From NCBI GenBank assembly GCA_044070495.1, contig JBIPSI010000006.1, forward strand, positions 64,001 to 128,000: a DNA stretch of 64,000 nt, read 5' to 3'. The translations under genes were made by a program, and so were the position numbers. The notes below the pieces were generated by a model. That model saw only the letters and a list, made by a program, of their open reading frames with translations, had not been told where the DNA came from and did no database searches. Below are positions 1 to 7,910 of this stretch, in pieces; within the stretch, counting starts at the first letter, position 1; each line of letters starts with the position of its first letter. The DNA is from Spirulina sp. GTDB taxonomy: Bacteria; Cyanobacteriota; Cyanobacteriia; Phormidesmidales; Phormidesmidaceae.

Positions 1-170
1 CGCCACCATCGGGCTAGAATCAGGGCATTCCCGACCTGGGTGTCCACCAAGAACCCTCCCAGCCTGTCTAGGTCTGCTATCTTTTGCCCATCTCCCGACT
101 CCCATTTCCCTGGTCTGATCCCTTTTTTCTATTCAATTCAATAAAGCGACACAACAACGAGGACAACACC

Positions 171-551
171 ATGACCCCCGACACCGTGACCACCACGCTA
201 CAAAAGGGCTTCCGCGTTACCCTAGGCGCAACGGCCACCCTGCTGGAGGCTATCCAAGATCCCCAGTCCTCCGGTCAGCGATTTTCAGATCTCAGTAACG
301 ATGTCAGTCGCCTCACCGAAACCCTGGAGTCTAAGGGGGAAGTAACGGAACGGGAAGCCCGTCAATTTGTCGATACCCTGCTGAGCCAACTGCCCAGTCC
401 CTTCTCCGAGGGATCCGCTAGTCCGCCCACCGTTGATACCGTGGCTACTCCCGTTGCTGATCCCACCGTCCAGAGTGACCTCGCTGCCCTCACCCAAGAG
501 TTGGCCAACATTCGCCAAGCTATTGAAGCCCTCAAAGGGAAGGAGTCCTAG
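171..551 (+). CDS. Conserved hypothetical protein, possibly phasin-like (coiled coil)
   Basis: ATG at 171 after GAGG; helical protein with a KGEVTEREARQFVD motif and C-terminal coiled coil; family assignment tentative. Confidence 0.6.
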   Translation: MTPDTVTTTLQKGFRVTLGATATLLEAIQDPQSSGQRFSDLSNDVSRLTETLESKGEVTEREARQFVDTLLSQLPSPFSEGSASPPTVDTVATPVADPTVQSDLAALTQELANIRQAIEALKGKES

Positions 552-695
552 GCTGATTCATGGGGGCAATGTAATGGAAATCGGCCCTTTGAACCAGCCA
601 CCAACCCACGGAAAAATCTGGAAAATTGTCATTGCCAGTAGTCATAGCAGACGTCCATGGTCTATAATTATAGACCGTGCACATTCGCAGGCCCT

Positions 696-1061
696 ATGAA
701 CGCAGAGGAAATCATCCGCTCAATTGAAGCGGAGCAGCTAAAGACAGACCTGCCTGAGATTTATGTCGGCGACACCATCCGCGTCGGCGTTCGTATTCAG
801 GAAGGCGGCAAAGAGCGGATTCAACCCTACGAGGGTACCGTGATTGCCATGCGGAATGGCGGCATTAACCGCTCTATCACGGTTCGCAAAGTTTTCCAGG
901 GAGTTGGTGTAGAACGAGTATTTTTGCTCCATGCTCCCAAGCTCGCCGACATCAAGGTCTTGCGTCGCGGTAAGGCCCGTCGTGCTAAGCTGTATTACCT
1001 GCGCGACCGTGTTGGTAAAGCGACTCGCCTCAAGCAGCGATTTGACCGCCCAATCAAGTAA
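696..1061 (+). CDS. rplS: 50S ribosomal protein L19
   Basis: [31 protein letters not shown] and RRAKLYYLR motifs; start moved to ATG at 696. Confidence 0.98.
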   Translation: MNAEEIIRSIEAEQLKTDLPEIYVGDTIRVGVRIQEGGKERIQPYEGTVIAMRNGGINRSITVRKVFQGVGVERVFLLHAPKLADIKVLRRGKARRAKLYYLRDRVGKATRLKQRFDRPIK

Positions 1062-1112
1062 GCTGGGTATAGAACTGCCATCCAGCTTTAGGCCAGTGAT
1101 TGGCGGCCCTAT

Positions 1113-1185
1113 GCGTCCTTAGTTCAGTTGGTAGAACGCGGGTCTCCAAAACCCGATGTCGGGGGTTCGAGTCCTCCAGGGCGCG
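1113..1185 (+). tRNA. trnW: tRNA-Trp (CCA)
   Basis: Cloverleaf: acceptor GCGTCCT/AGGGCGC, D-arm AGTTGGTAGA, anticodon arm CGGGT-CTCCAAA-ACCCG, T-loop GGTTCGAGT; usual position before secE. Confidence 0.97.
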
Positions 1186-1351
1186 CTGAGTAACCCAGAT
1201 AGTGAGTGCCCAATGACCTTGTTTCCAGAGGTTTCTGGAACTGGTTCTGCGGGCACTTCTACTGACTCCACTCTACGCCGTTAATTGCTTGGGTTCTTCG
1301 CACCGGATGGCATCCCAGTTCTGGCTAAACGTCCAGGAGGAGCTAGTACCA

Positions 1352-1597
1352 GTGGCAAAAAAAGACGCGGCAGTTGAATCAAGCCGAAAAGGAACCGTAG
1401 CAGCTGAGGCTGACAATAGCTTTAGCGCAACTGAGTTTTTCAAAGGCACAAAGGAAGAGCTGGGTAAGGTCGTTTGGCCCAGCCGTCAGCAGTTGATCAG
1501 TGAGTCGGCGGCGGTCATTTTAATGGTTAGCCTCTCTGCCACGCTCATTTACTTAGTCGATCAACTCTTTAGATGGGTTTCACAGCAGGTGTTTTAA
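1352..1597 (+). CDS. secE: Preprotein translocase subunit SecE
   Basis: EELGKVVWPSRQQL motif plus one TM helix; GTG start after AGGAGG; lies between trnW and nusG. Confidence 0.95.
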   Translation: MAKKDAAVESSRKGTVAAEADNSFSATEFFKGTKEELGKVVWPSRQQLISESAAVILMVSLSATLIYLVDQLFRWVSQQVF

Positions 1598-2316
1598 TGG
1601 CGTTGACCTCAGACGACTTGAACGACGATCTATCCGCCTTCGGCATGGACGAAGACAGCGAGATCATGCGTGGCACAGAGGAAGAATCCGCTGAGGAGGG
1701 GGCTTCCGGGCAGTCTCGTCATCGGGCTCGGTGGTACGCCGTCCAGGTCGCTTCAGGCTGCGAAAAAAAGGTGAAAACCAACCTGGAACAGCGTCGCCAA
1801 ACCCTCGACGGGGCCGATCATATTCTCAAGATTGAGATTCCCCAAACGCCAATCCGTAAGGTTAAGAAAGACGGTAGCCATCAGACCGCTGAAGAGAAGG
1901 TCTTTCCTGGCTACGTACTATTGCAAATTCGCCAAAAGTGGGACGATCTACTCAAGGAGTGGAAAGTACCAGAGGACGCTTGGCTGGTGGTTAAAAACAC
2001 GCCCCATGTGATCAACTTTGTTGGTGCCGAGCAACGTCGGGCCTACGGGCGCGGTCGGGGGCACGTTAAACCTATGCCCCTCAGTGAGGGTGAGGTGAGG
2101 CGAATCTTCAAGCGCACCGAGGAGCAGAAGCCCATCATCAAGATTGATATGGCTCCTGGCGACAAAATTACCGTCCTCTCTGGCCCCTTCAAGGACTTCG
2201 AGGGTGAAGTGGTGGAAGTTAGTCCAGAACGAAGCAAGTTAAAAGCATTGCTGTCTATTTTTGGGCGCGATACTCCAGTGGAACTGGAGTTTAATCAAGT
2301 GGAAAAAGAGAGTTAA
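1597..2316 (+). CDS. nusG: Transcription termination/antitermination factor NusG
   Basis: WYAVQVASGCEKKV, VFPGYV, KOW motif GPFKDFEG, SIFGRDTPVELEF; TAATG overlap with secE. Confidence 0.97.
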   Translation: MALTSDDLNDDLSAFGMDEDSEIMRGTEEESAEEGASGQSRHRARWYAVQVASGCEKKVKTNLEQRRQTLDGADHILKIEIPQTPIRKVKKDGSHQTAEEKVFPGYVLLQIRQKWDDLLKEWKVPEDAWLVVKNTPHVINFVGAEQRRAYGRGRGHVKPMPLSEGEVRRIFKRTEEQKPIIKIDMAPGDKITVLSGPFKDFEGEVVEVSPERSKLKALLSIFGRDTPVELEFNQVEKES

Positions 2317-2319
2317 TCG

Positions 2320-2745
2320 ATGGCCAAAAAAGTTGTTGCGTTGATTAAGCTAGCCATTCCGGCTGGCAAGGCTAACCCTGCTCCTCCGATTGGCCCCGCC
2401 TTGGGTCAGCACGGGGTCAATATCATGGCATTCTGCAAAGAATACAATGCCAGAACCCAGGATAAAGTGGGCCTCGTGGTGCCGGTAGAAATTTCGGTCT
2501 TTGAAGATCGGAGCTTCACCTTTATTCTCAAAACCCCTCCTGCCTCGGTTTTGATCAAGAAAGCAGCTGGCATCGAAAAGGGTTCTGGTGAGCCTCGGAC
2601 GAAGAAGGTCGGCTCGATTAGCCGTGCCCAACTGCGGGAAATTGCTGAAACCAAGCTGCCCGACCTCAATGCCAATGACGTTGAAGCGGCGATGAAGATT
2701 GTTGAAGGTACGGCCCGCAATATGGGTGTCACCGTGGCCGACTAG
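2320..2745 (+). CDS. rplK: 50S ribosomal protein L11
   Basis: [29 protein letters not shown] signature. Confidence 0.99.
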   Translation: MAKKVVALIKLAIPAGKANPAPPIGPALGQHGVNIMAFCKEYNARTQDKVGLVVPVEISVFEDRSFTFILKTPPASVLIKKAAGIEKGSGEPRTKKVGSISRAQLREIAETKLPDLNANDVEAAMKIVEGTARNMGVTVAD

Positions 2746-2821
2746 GTGAATTCACCTTGAGTCTCCCGGTTCTAACCCTAGCTTGTTGATTTTTTGATTG
2801 CCGAGTTTTGTCATTTATTAC

Positions 2822-2851
2822 GGGGGAGAAGAACACCTTCGCCAGTACCCC
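2822..2851 (+). promoter_or_regulatory. Putative L1-binding autoregulatory RNA site in the rplA leader
   Basis: GGGGGAG...TACCCC stem with an asymmetric internal loop directly before the rplA SD (AAGGAG); resembles known L1 operator sites; not model-tested. Confidence 0.5.
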
Positions 2852-2863
2852 AAGGAGTAAACC

Positions 2864-3580
2864 ATGTCTACGAAAGTATCCAAACGGCTGAGAGATGCCC
2901 GTGCCAAAGTTGAAGATCGGTTGTACGAACCCCTAGAGGCGCTGGAACTGCTGAAGGAAACCGCTACGGCTAAGTTCACGGAATCCGTGGAAGCCCACAT
3001 TCGTCTAGGGATCGATCCGAAGTACACCGACCAACAACTGCGGACGACGGTAATTCTGCCTAAGGGCACCGGGCAAACGATCCGGGTCGCCGTCATTGCC
3101 AAGGGCGAAAAAGTGGCCGAAGCCACCGCTGCCGGGGCTGATATCGTTGGGTCTGAGGATCTAATTGAGGATATCCAAAAGGGTATGATGGACTTTGATG
3201 TTCTGATTGCCACCCCCGATGTGATGCCCCAGGTGGCAAAATTGGGTCGGCAACTTGGCCCCCGTGGTCTGATGCCCTCCCCCAAGGGTGGCACCGTGAC
3301 TTTTGACCTACCCCAGGCCATCACCGAATTTAAAGCCGGGAAACTCGAATTTCGGGCTGACAAAACGGGCATCGTCCATGTTATGTTTGGAAAGGCCGAT
3401 TTTAGCGTTGAGGATCTGATGGTCAATCTCAAGGCACTGCAAGAGTGCATTGACCGCAATCGTCCTTCTGGTGCTAAGGGGCGTTACTGGCGCACGGTGG
3501 CCATCGCCTCTACCATGGGGCCATCCATTCGGTTGGATGTAAGTGCTCTGCGGGACTATAAGCTGCCCGAAGCCGTTTAG
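2864..3580 (+). CDS. rplA: 50S ribosomal protein L1
   Basis: [15 protein letters not shown] and STMGP motifs. Confidence 0.99.
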   Translation: MSTKVSKRLRDARAKVEDRLYEPLEALELLKETATAKFTESVEAHIRLGIDPKYTDQQLRTTVILPKGTGQTIRVAVIAKGEKVAEATAAGADIVGSEDLIEDIQKGMMDFDVLIATPDVMPQVAKLGRQLGPRGLMPSPKGGTVTFDLPQAITEFKAGKLEFRADKTGIVHVMFGKADFSVEDLMVNLKALQECIDRNRPSGAKGRYWRTVAIASTMGPSIRLDVSALRDYKLPEAV

Positions 3581-3653
3581 TTGCCTCAGCGCCCAAGTTT
3601 CAAGTTTTCACGAAGGAGCCGCGATTGCCCTAACCCCTCACAACTGCATAGAC

Positions 3654-3785
3654 GACCGTAGACAGCAGGTGCATTTTTCCTGCATAAATCCTGCCGAGGT
3701 TGACGTTGCGATGGAGGTTTCCAGTTCTGGACTGGAAACGGCTAATCGTGGGTCTGCCCCGGCGAACTGGTCGGGGCTTTGTTTT
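3654..3785 (+). promoter_or_regulatory. L10 leader (rplJL autoregulatory RNA) with downstream hairpins
   Basis: GACCGTAGACAGCAGGTG...TAAATCCTGCCGAGGT matches the L10-leader core; followed by hairpins GTTTCCAGT/ACTGGAAAC and GCCCCGGC/GTCGGGGC plus a U-rich tail. Confidence 0.75.
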
Positions 3786-3871
3786 GGGAAAAATCGGGAC
3801 ATCATCACCAGCGGCCCTCTGCCCGTGAGTATCCAGTTTTCTATCCCCGCTATAAAGGAGGTGAGATTGAT

Positions 3872-4438
3872 ATGGGGAGAACCCTAGCGAATAAGAAAGA
3901 GATTGTGGGTGAAATTCAGGATCTCCTGAAGGAAGCTCAACTGGCCTTTGTGATTGACTACAAAGGGCTTAGTGTTGCTGAAATTACCAATCTGCGGAAC
4001 CGTCTGCGGCCCAAGGGTGCGGTGTGTAAAGTCACCAAAAATACCCTGATGCGGATTGCCGTGGAGGGCGACAGCAATTGGGAACCGATGACCGAGTTTC
4101 TGAAGGATTCCTCAGCCTTTGTGCTGGTGAAGGAAGACTTTAGTGGCGCGATCAAAGAATACCAAGCGTTCCAGAAGGAATCTAAGAAAACCACCCTGCG
4201 GGGTGGGGTGATGGAAGGTCAGGCGCTGACCGAAGATCAGGTCAAGGCGATCACCGAACTGCCGACGAAGGAAGAACTGATGGCCCGTTTGGCGGGTGCT
4301 ATTAAGGCCATGCCGACCCGTCTGGCGGTGGGTGTCAAGGCGGTGCCGACCAAGCTGGCGGTGGGTATCAACGAAGTTCCGGCTTCGCTGTCCCGTGCCA
4401 TCAAGGCGGTCTCCGAGCAGGGCCAGGACGCGGCCTAA
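3872..4438 (+). CDS. rplJ: 50S ribosomal protein L10
   Basis: MGRTLANK start after AAGGAGGT; DYKGLSVAEITNLR, KVTKNTL, LPTKEEL. Confidence 0.98.
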   Translation: MGRTLANKKEIVGEIQDLLKEAQLAFVIDYKGLSVAEITNLRNRLRPKGAVCKVTKNTLMRIAVEGDSNWEPMTEFLKDSSAFVLVKEDFSGAIKEYQAFQKESKKTTLRGGVMEGQALTEDQVKAITELPTKEELMARLAGAIKAMPTRLAVGVKAVPTKLAVGINEVPASLSRAIKAVSEQGQDAA

Positions 4439-4516
4439 AAGCCCTGGTCTGCTTCAGTTTGACCACAAGTCCGACAACCAACTTTGTTTTTTGTACACAG
4501 GAGTTAAGTCTTAACG

Positions 4517-4927
4517 ATGTCTGCTAAAACCGATGAAATTCTCGAACAGCTAAAGTCTCTGTCTCTGCTGGAAGCTTCTGAACTGGTTAAGCAAATCGAA
4601 GAAGCCTTCGGCGTGGACGCTTCTGCCTCCGCTGGTGGCGGCATGATGATGATGGCCCCTGGCATGATGGGTGGTGGCGCAGGTGCCGCTGCTGCTGAGC
4701 CCGAAGAAGAGAAGACCGAATTCGATGTGGTTCTCGAAGACGTGCCCGCCGATAAGAAGATCGCCATTCTGAAAGTGGTGCGTGGCCTCACCGGTCTAGG
4801 TCTGAAGGAAGCCAAGGAGATGGTGGAAGCTGCTCCTAAGGCTGTGAAGGAAGGCGTGACCAAGGACGACGCTGAAGCCGCTAAGAAAGAACTTGAGGAA
4901 GCTGGCGCTAAGGTGACCGTTAAGTAG
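4517..4927 (+). CDS. rplL: 50S ribosomal protein L7/L12
   Basis: [29 protein letters not shown]. Confidence 0.99.
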   Translation: MSAKTDEILEQLKSLSLLEASELVKQIEEAFGVDASASAGGGMMMMAPGMMGGGAGAAAAEPEEEKTEFDVVLEDVPADKKIAILKVVRGLTGLGLKEAKEMVEAAPKAVKEGVTKDDAEAAKKELEEAGAKVTVK

Positions 4928-4960
4928 GTTTAGCCTAAGGTCTGACCCTCAAGGTTTGAG

Positions 4961-4992
4961 AAGCCTCCTGTCATGGTACGGGGGGCTTTTTT
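4961..4992 (+). terminator. Intrinsic terminator of the rplKAJL operon
   Basis: AAGCCTCCTG...CGGGGGGCTT stem followed by a T-run. Confidence 0.8.
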
Positions 4993-5033
4993 GTGGCTTC
5001 GCCCCGGTGAAGGGAATTTCCACCAGCCCCACC

Positions 5034-5063
5034 TTGACGAATGATGGTGCGACTCGCTAGCGT
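5034..5063 (+). promoter_or_regulatory. Putative sigma70-type promoter for the small basic ORF
   Basis: TTGACG-N18-TAGCGT downstream of the rplL terminator. Confidence 0.5.
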
Positions 5064-5120
5064 GAAGACTAATCATCATCAAATGGCGACCGAGCCTTTG
5101 GTCGCATTGAGGAGGACACC

Positions 5121-5342
5121 ATGGCGCAACGGTTGAAGCGATGGGAATCCCCCCGTCGCCCAGGTCGCAACGATAAGGGGCGGGGTGGCAGTGCCCGTCA
5201 ACGACAGCTTCGCAAACGACATCAGGAACTGCGAAACCGCCTTCGCCAGGGGGATACCCCTGCGGAGACAACTAGCACTAGGACGCACGATTCTGGGGAG
5301 GGCCAAGGCTCTCCCTTTTTTGTATCCTTGGATTGTTTCTAA
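5121..5342 (+). CDS. Small Arg/Lys-rich protein; candidate ArfA/BrfA-like alternative ribosome-rescue factor
   Basis: Strong SD GAGGAGG at 5109-5115; 73 aa, very basic; KGRGGS motif; terminator inside the ORF. The CDS is likely real; the function is inferred. Confidence 0.65.
   Translation: MAQRLKRWESPRRPGRNDKGRGGSARQRQLRKRHQELRNRLRQGDTPAETTSTRTHDSGEGQGSPFFVSLDCF
5295..5321 (+). terminator. Intrinsic terminator located inside the small ORF, upstream of its stop codon
   Basis: Stem GGGAGGGC/GCTCTCCC (one G-U pair), CAAG loop, then T6 at 5316-5321; stop TAA is at 5340-5342. Confidence 0.8.
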
Positions 5343-5364
5343 CTGCGCTCTCGGGCAGTTCATT

Positions 5365-5452
5365 CTAAATCCGGCTGGTTTGCCCTCGGTATCAGTGGAC
5401 GAGGAGACCTCGCCCCTACGGCTTGTCGGGTGGGGCATCAGGGTTTTCTAAT
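5365..5452 (+). repeat. Dispersed ~100-bp repeat family A with a REP-like core, copy 1
   Basis: AAATCCGG...GGTATC...GACGAGGAGACCTCGCCCCTACGG...GGGTTTTCTAAT; aligns by eye with copies at 6412, 11596, 16610, 29728 and 47371. Confidence 0.85.
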
Positions 5453-5795
5453 GCAGATTTGCTCTAAAAATAGATTGTTATCTTTGGGGTGTCGCGCTAG
5501 CGGCATGGACGATTGGTATCGGGAGCATTTGTCACTCGGCTATGGTCTACGGTTGTCTGGGTTAGGTGTTGAAGTTCTCTTCTGCGAGTTTGGCATGGCC
5601 CTAGGCTGAATCGGAACTCGATTGTTACCATAGGCGTCAACAGACGCTAGGCTAAATCGATTTAGGTTTAGCTAGTTTGCATCATGGATCGGGATGTCCG
5701 CCAATGGCATCCACGGGAGGCTACCCTTCTCCGGGGAGAGGTGATCCCACCTTATTCGCCACTGCTACTTCGCTACCCAGATATTTCTTGGTTTT

Positions 5796-6275
5796 ATGGT
5801 TAATCCCTCCGCCCTTGGTGTTGCGTTTTTGGTGCTTCTGGCGACGACCACGGTCGTGGGCTCTTCGCCGCCTACTCAACCCTCCTTCCAGGTTGCCCAT
5901 CCCTCCCTTAGCGACTTGATTGACAAGGACCCCATGGGAGGCAAAGCCGAGTTGCTACCAGCAGATACGATTCACCTCGATCAAGAGGGATTAAAAGAGC
6001 CCCAGTGGCTATCGGTACAGGTACCAGAGGGGGCGAGTTTTGAGGGAACCTTGGCGGTGAATGGTGAGGTCAAGTATCGCTTTGGGGCGGAGGGAATCCG
6101 CTTGGATCTGAAGGATATCCTGGCCTTGGGGGCAACGGACGTGGTCCTAGCCGGGAGCTATAGCCCTGGCGATGGGTCAGTTGTGGTGTCTTTCAACAAT
6201 TCAGAAACCACCGTACGTCAGCAGGTGGGGCAACGGGGACAGGTTCACTATCAGATTAATTTTTGGGTAGATTAG
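5796..6275 (+). CDS. Hypothetical exported protein
   Basis: N-terminal hydrophobic signal-like segment and beta-rich C-terminal domain; upstream of wza. Confidence 0.65.
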   Translation: MVNPSALGVAFLVLLATTTVVGSSPPTQPSFQVAHPSLSDLIDKDPMGGKAELLPADTIHLDQEGLKEPQWLSVQVPEGASFEGTLAVNGEVKYRFGAEGIRLDLKDILALGATDVVLAGSYSPGDGSVVVSFNNSETTVRQQVGQRGQVHYQINFWVD

Positions 6276-6411
6276 AGGCCGTCTCCGATGGCGTCTAGGA
6301 TCGAGAACGCTAGGATAGGCCTGATGATGCGGCGGTGTAGGATGTTGCGCTTCCAGGGTGTCAATCACGGCGGGTGGGCGAGGAATTTGCGACATTGGTT
6401 TGGGGCTAATC

Positions 6412-6512
6412 CTGAATCCGGTTTGCTTCCCCCTGGTATCGATGGGCGAGGCGACCTCGCCCCTATCGTTTGTCGGGCTGGGAATTGGGGTTTTCTAATT
6501 CGGACTTGGTAT
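6412..6512 (+). repeat. Repeat family A, copy 2
   Basis: GAATCCGG...GGTATC...GGGCGAGGCGACCTCGCCCCTATCG...GGGAATTGGGGTTTTCTAATTCGGACTTGGTAT. Confidence 0.85.
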
Positions 6513-6560
6513 AGACCGTGGTTTGAGCTGTGCCCTGCGGGACGCCTAGGTTGGGGTGGA

Positions 6561-7820
6561 ATGTTGGGGTGCGGGGTGGCGATTGTCGTTAGTTATCCTG
6601 CCTTGGCCCAGGATCGCCTCCCACTGACGGAGCCTCTCAATCCAGCCCAGCAGCGGTTTGACGATGCCGAGGATGCGGCGACTCCTATTACAGAATGGAC
6701 GGACTCTGGGGGGATGGAGTCGGAACGGCCCTCCGCTCCCCTGGTAACTCCCATTCCTGCCGAAGCGGAGCCTAGGTTCCAGGCTCCTCGGTTGCCCGAT
6801 CCCCTGGGCAATTCTTCCCGCCAACCTAGACCGGATCACTTTGCTCCAGCGGCGACGGATCCCCCCTTTGATCGCTATCGCTTGGGGCCGGGGGATGGCA
6901 TTTTTGTTGGGGTACAGCGGTTTCCGGATCTCAGTTTCCAGGCCACCCTCGATCTACAGGGCAACATTGTTTTACCCTTGGCGGGATCTGTGAACCTGGC
7001 GGGTCTTACCCTCGACCAGGCCCAGGAGCAGATTCGACAGCGGTACGACCAGTATGTGGTTGATCCCGACGTGTCGCTGACTCTGGTGGCCCTGCGTCCT
7101 GTGGAGGTCACCATTGTGGGGGAGGTGCCACGACCGGGGTTTTATCCGCTCCAGGCTCCGCAACTGTCCGTGGCGTTGGTAACGGCGGGCGGGGCCTCTG
7201 CCCTGGCGGATTTGCGGGCTATTGAGATCCAGCGCACCCTCCAGGACGGCACGGTGTTAAGGGAAAACATAGATCTGTTTACGCCGTTGCGTTTGGGACA
7301 GCCGATCCCCGATCTGCGCCTCCAAAGCGGCGATGTGATTTCGGTGCCGCGCCTTGATCCCACCCGCCTAGACGAGTATGACCGGAATCTGGTGGCTACC
7401 TCCACCTTAGCCAAGCCTGAAATGGTGGTGCGTATTCTCAACCGGGCCTCTGGGGCGCGGGGCACGGAGGCCCGCTTTGGGGCCATCACCCTGCGTAATG
7501 GGGGGCGGTTTTTAGATGCCTTGGCCCAGGCTGGGGTAAACCCCGATTTGGCGGCCTACCATCGCATTGCCGTGCTGCGATTTAACCCTGAAAGGGGATC
7601 CGCCGATACGATTGTGGTGGATGCGCGGGCGGCGGTGCAGGGAGACCTCAGCCAGAATATTCCCCTCCAGGAAAATGATGTGATTGTGGTAGATCGCAAT
7701 TTGCTGGCCAATGTCACCTATGCCTTGAACACCTTCACCCAGCCCTTCCGGGATGTGTTAGGCTTTCTGCTCTTTTTCGATTCCCTCACCAATGCTGCCG
7801 AGTCTCTGTTTAGGCCCTAG
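6561..7820 (+). CDS. wza: Polysaccharide export protein (Wza/OPX family, Poly_export plus SLBB domains)
   Basis: YRLGPGD, GNIVLPLAGSVNLAGLTL, GEVPRPGFY, LQSGDVISVP; start uncertain (frame open from 6288). Confidence 0.85.
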   Translation: MLGCGVAIVVSYPALAQDRLPLTEPLNPAQQRFDDAEDAATPITEWTDSGGMESERPSAPLVTPIPAEAEPRFQAPRLPDPLGNSSRQPRPDHFAPAATDPPFDRYRLGPGDGIFVGVQRFPDLSFQATLDLQGNIVLPLAGSVNLAGLTLDQAQEQIRQRYDQYVVDPDVSLTLVALRPVEVTIVGEVPRPGFYPLQAPQLSVALVTAGGASALADLRAIEIQRTLQDGTVLRENIDLFTPLRLGQPIPDLRLQSGDVISVPRLDPTRLDEYDRNLVATSTLAKPEMVVRILNRASGARGTEARFGAITLRNGGRFLDALAQAGVNPDLAAYHRIAVLRFNPERGSADTIVVDARAAVQGDLSQNIPLQENDVIVVDRNLLANVTYALNTFTQPFRDVLGFLLFFDSLTNAAESLFRP

Positions 7821-7910
7821 CTATCTTCTGGTAGGCCTACCCTGATTGTTTGAAGTTCTGGATGTGGTGTTTGTCGTCTTTCCCCGTCCTTTCTGTCCCC
7901 CGCTGAGTCC

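Noticed and set aside
4927..5120. Absence of rpoBC after rplL
   Set aside because: In cyanobacteria the rpoB-rpoC1-rpoC2 genes are normally located elsewhere.
5079..5451. ORFs 5079-5438 (-) and 5185-5451 (+), and similar ORFs at 11454-11748 and 16503-16841
   Set aside because: Their shared peptides (RRGEVSS, NPAG) are translations of repeat family A; the 5121 frame has the clear RBS.
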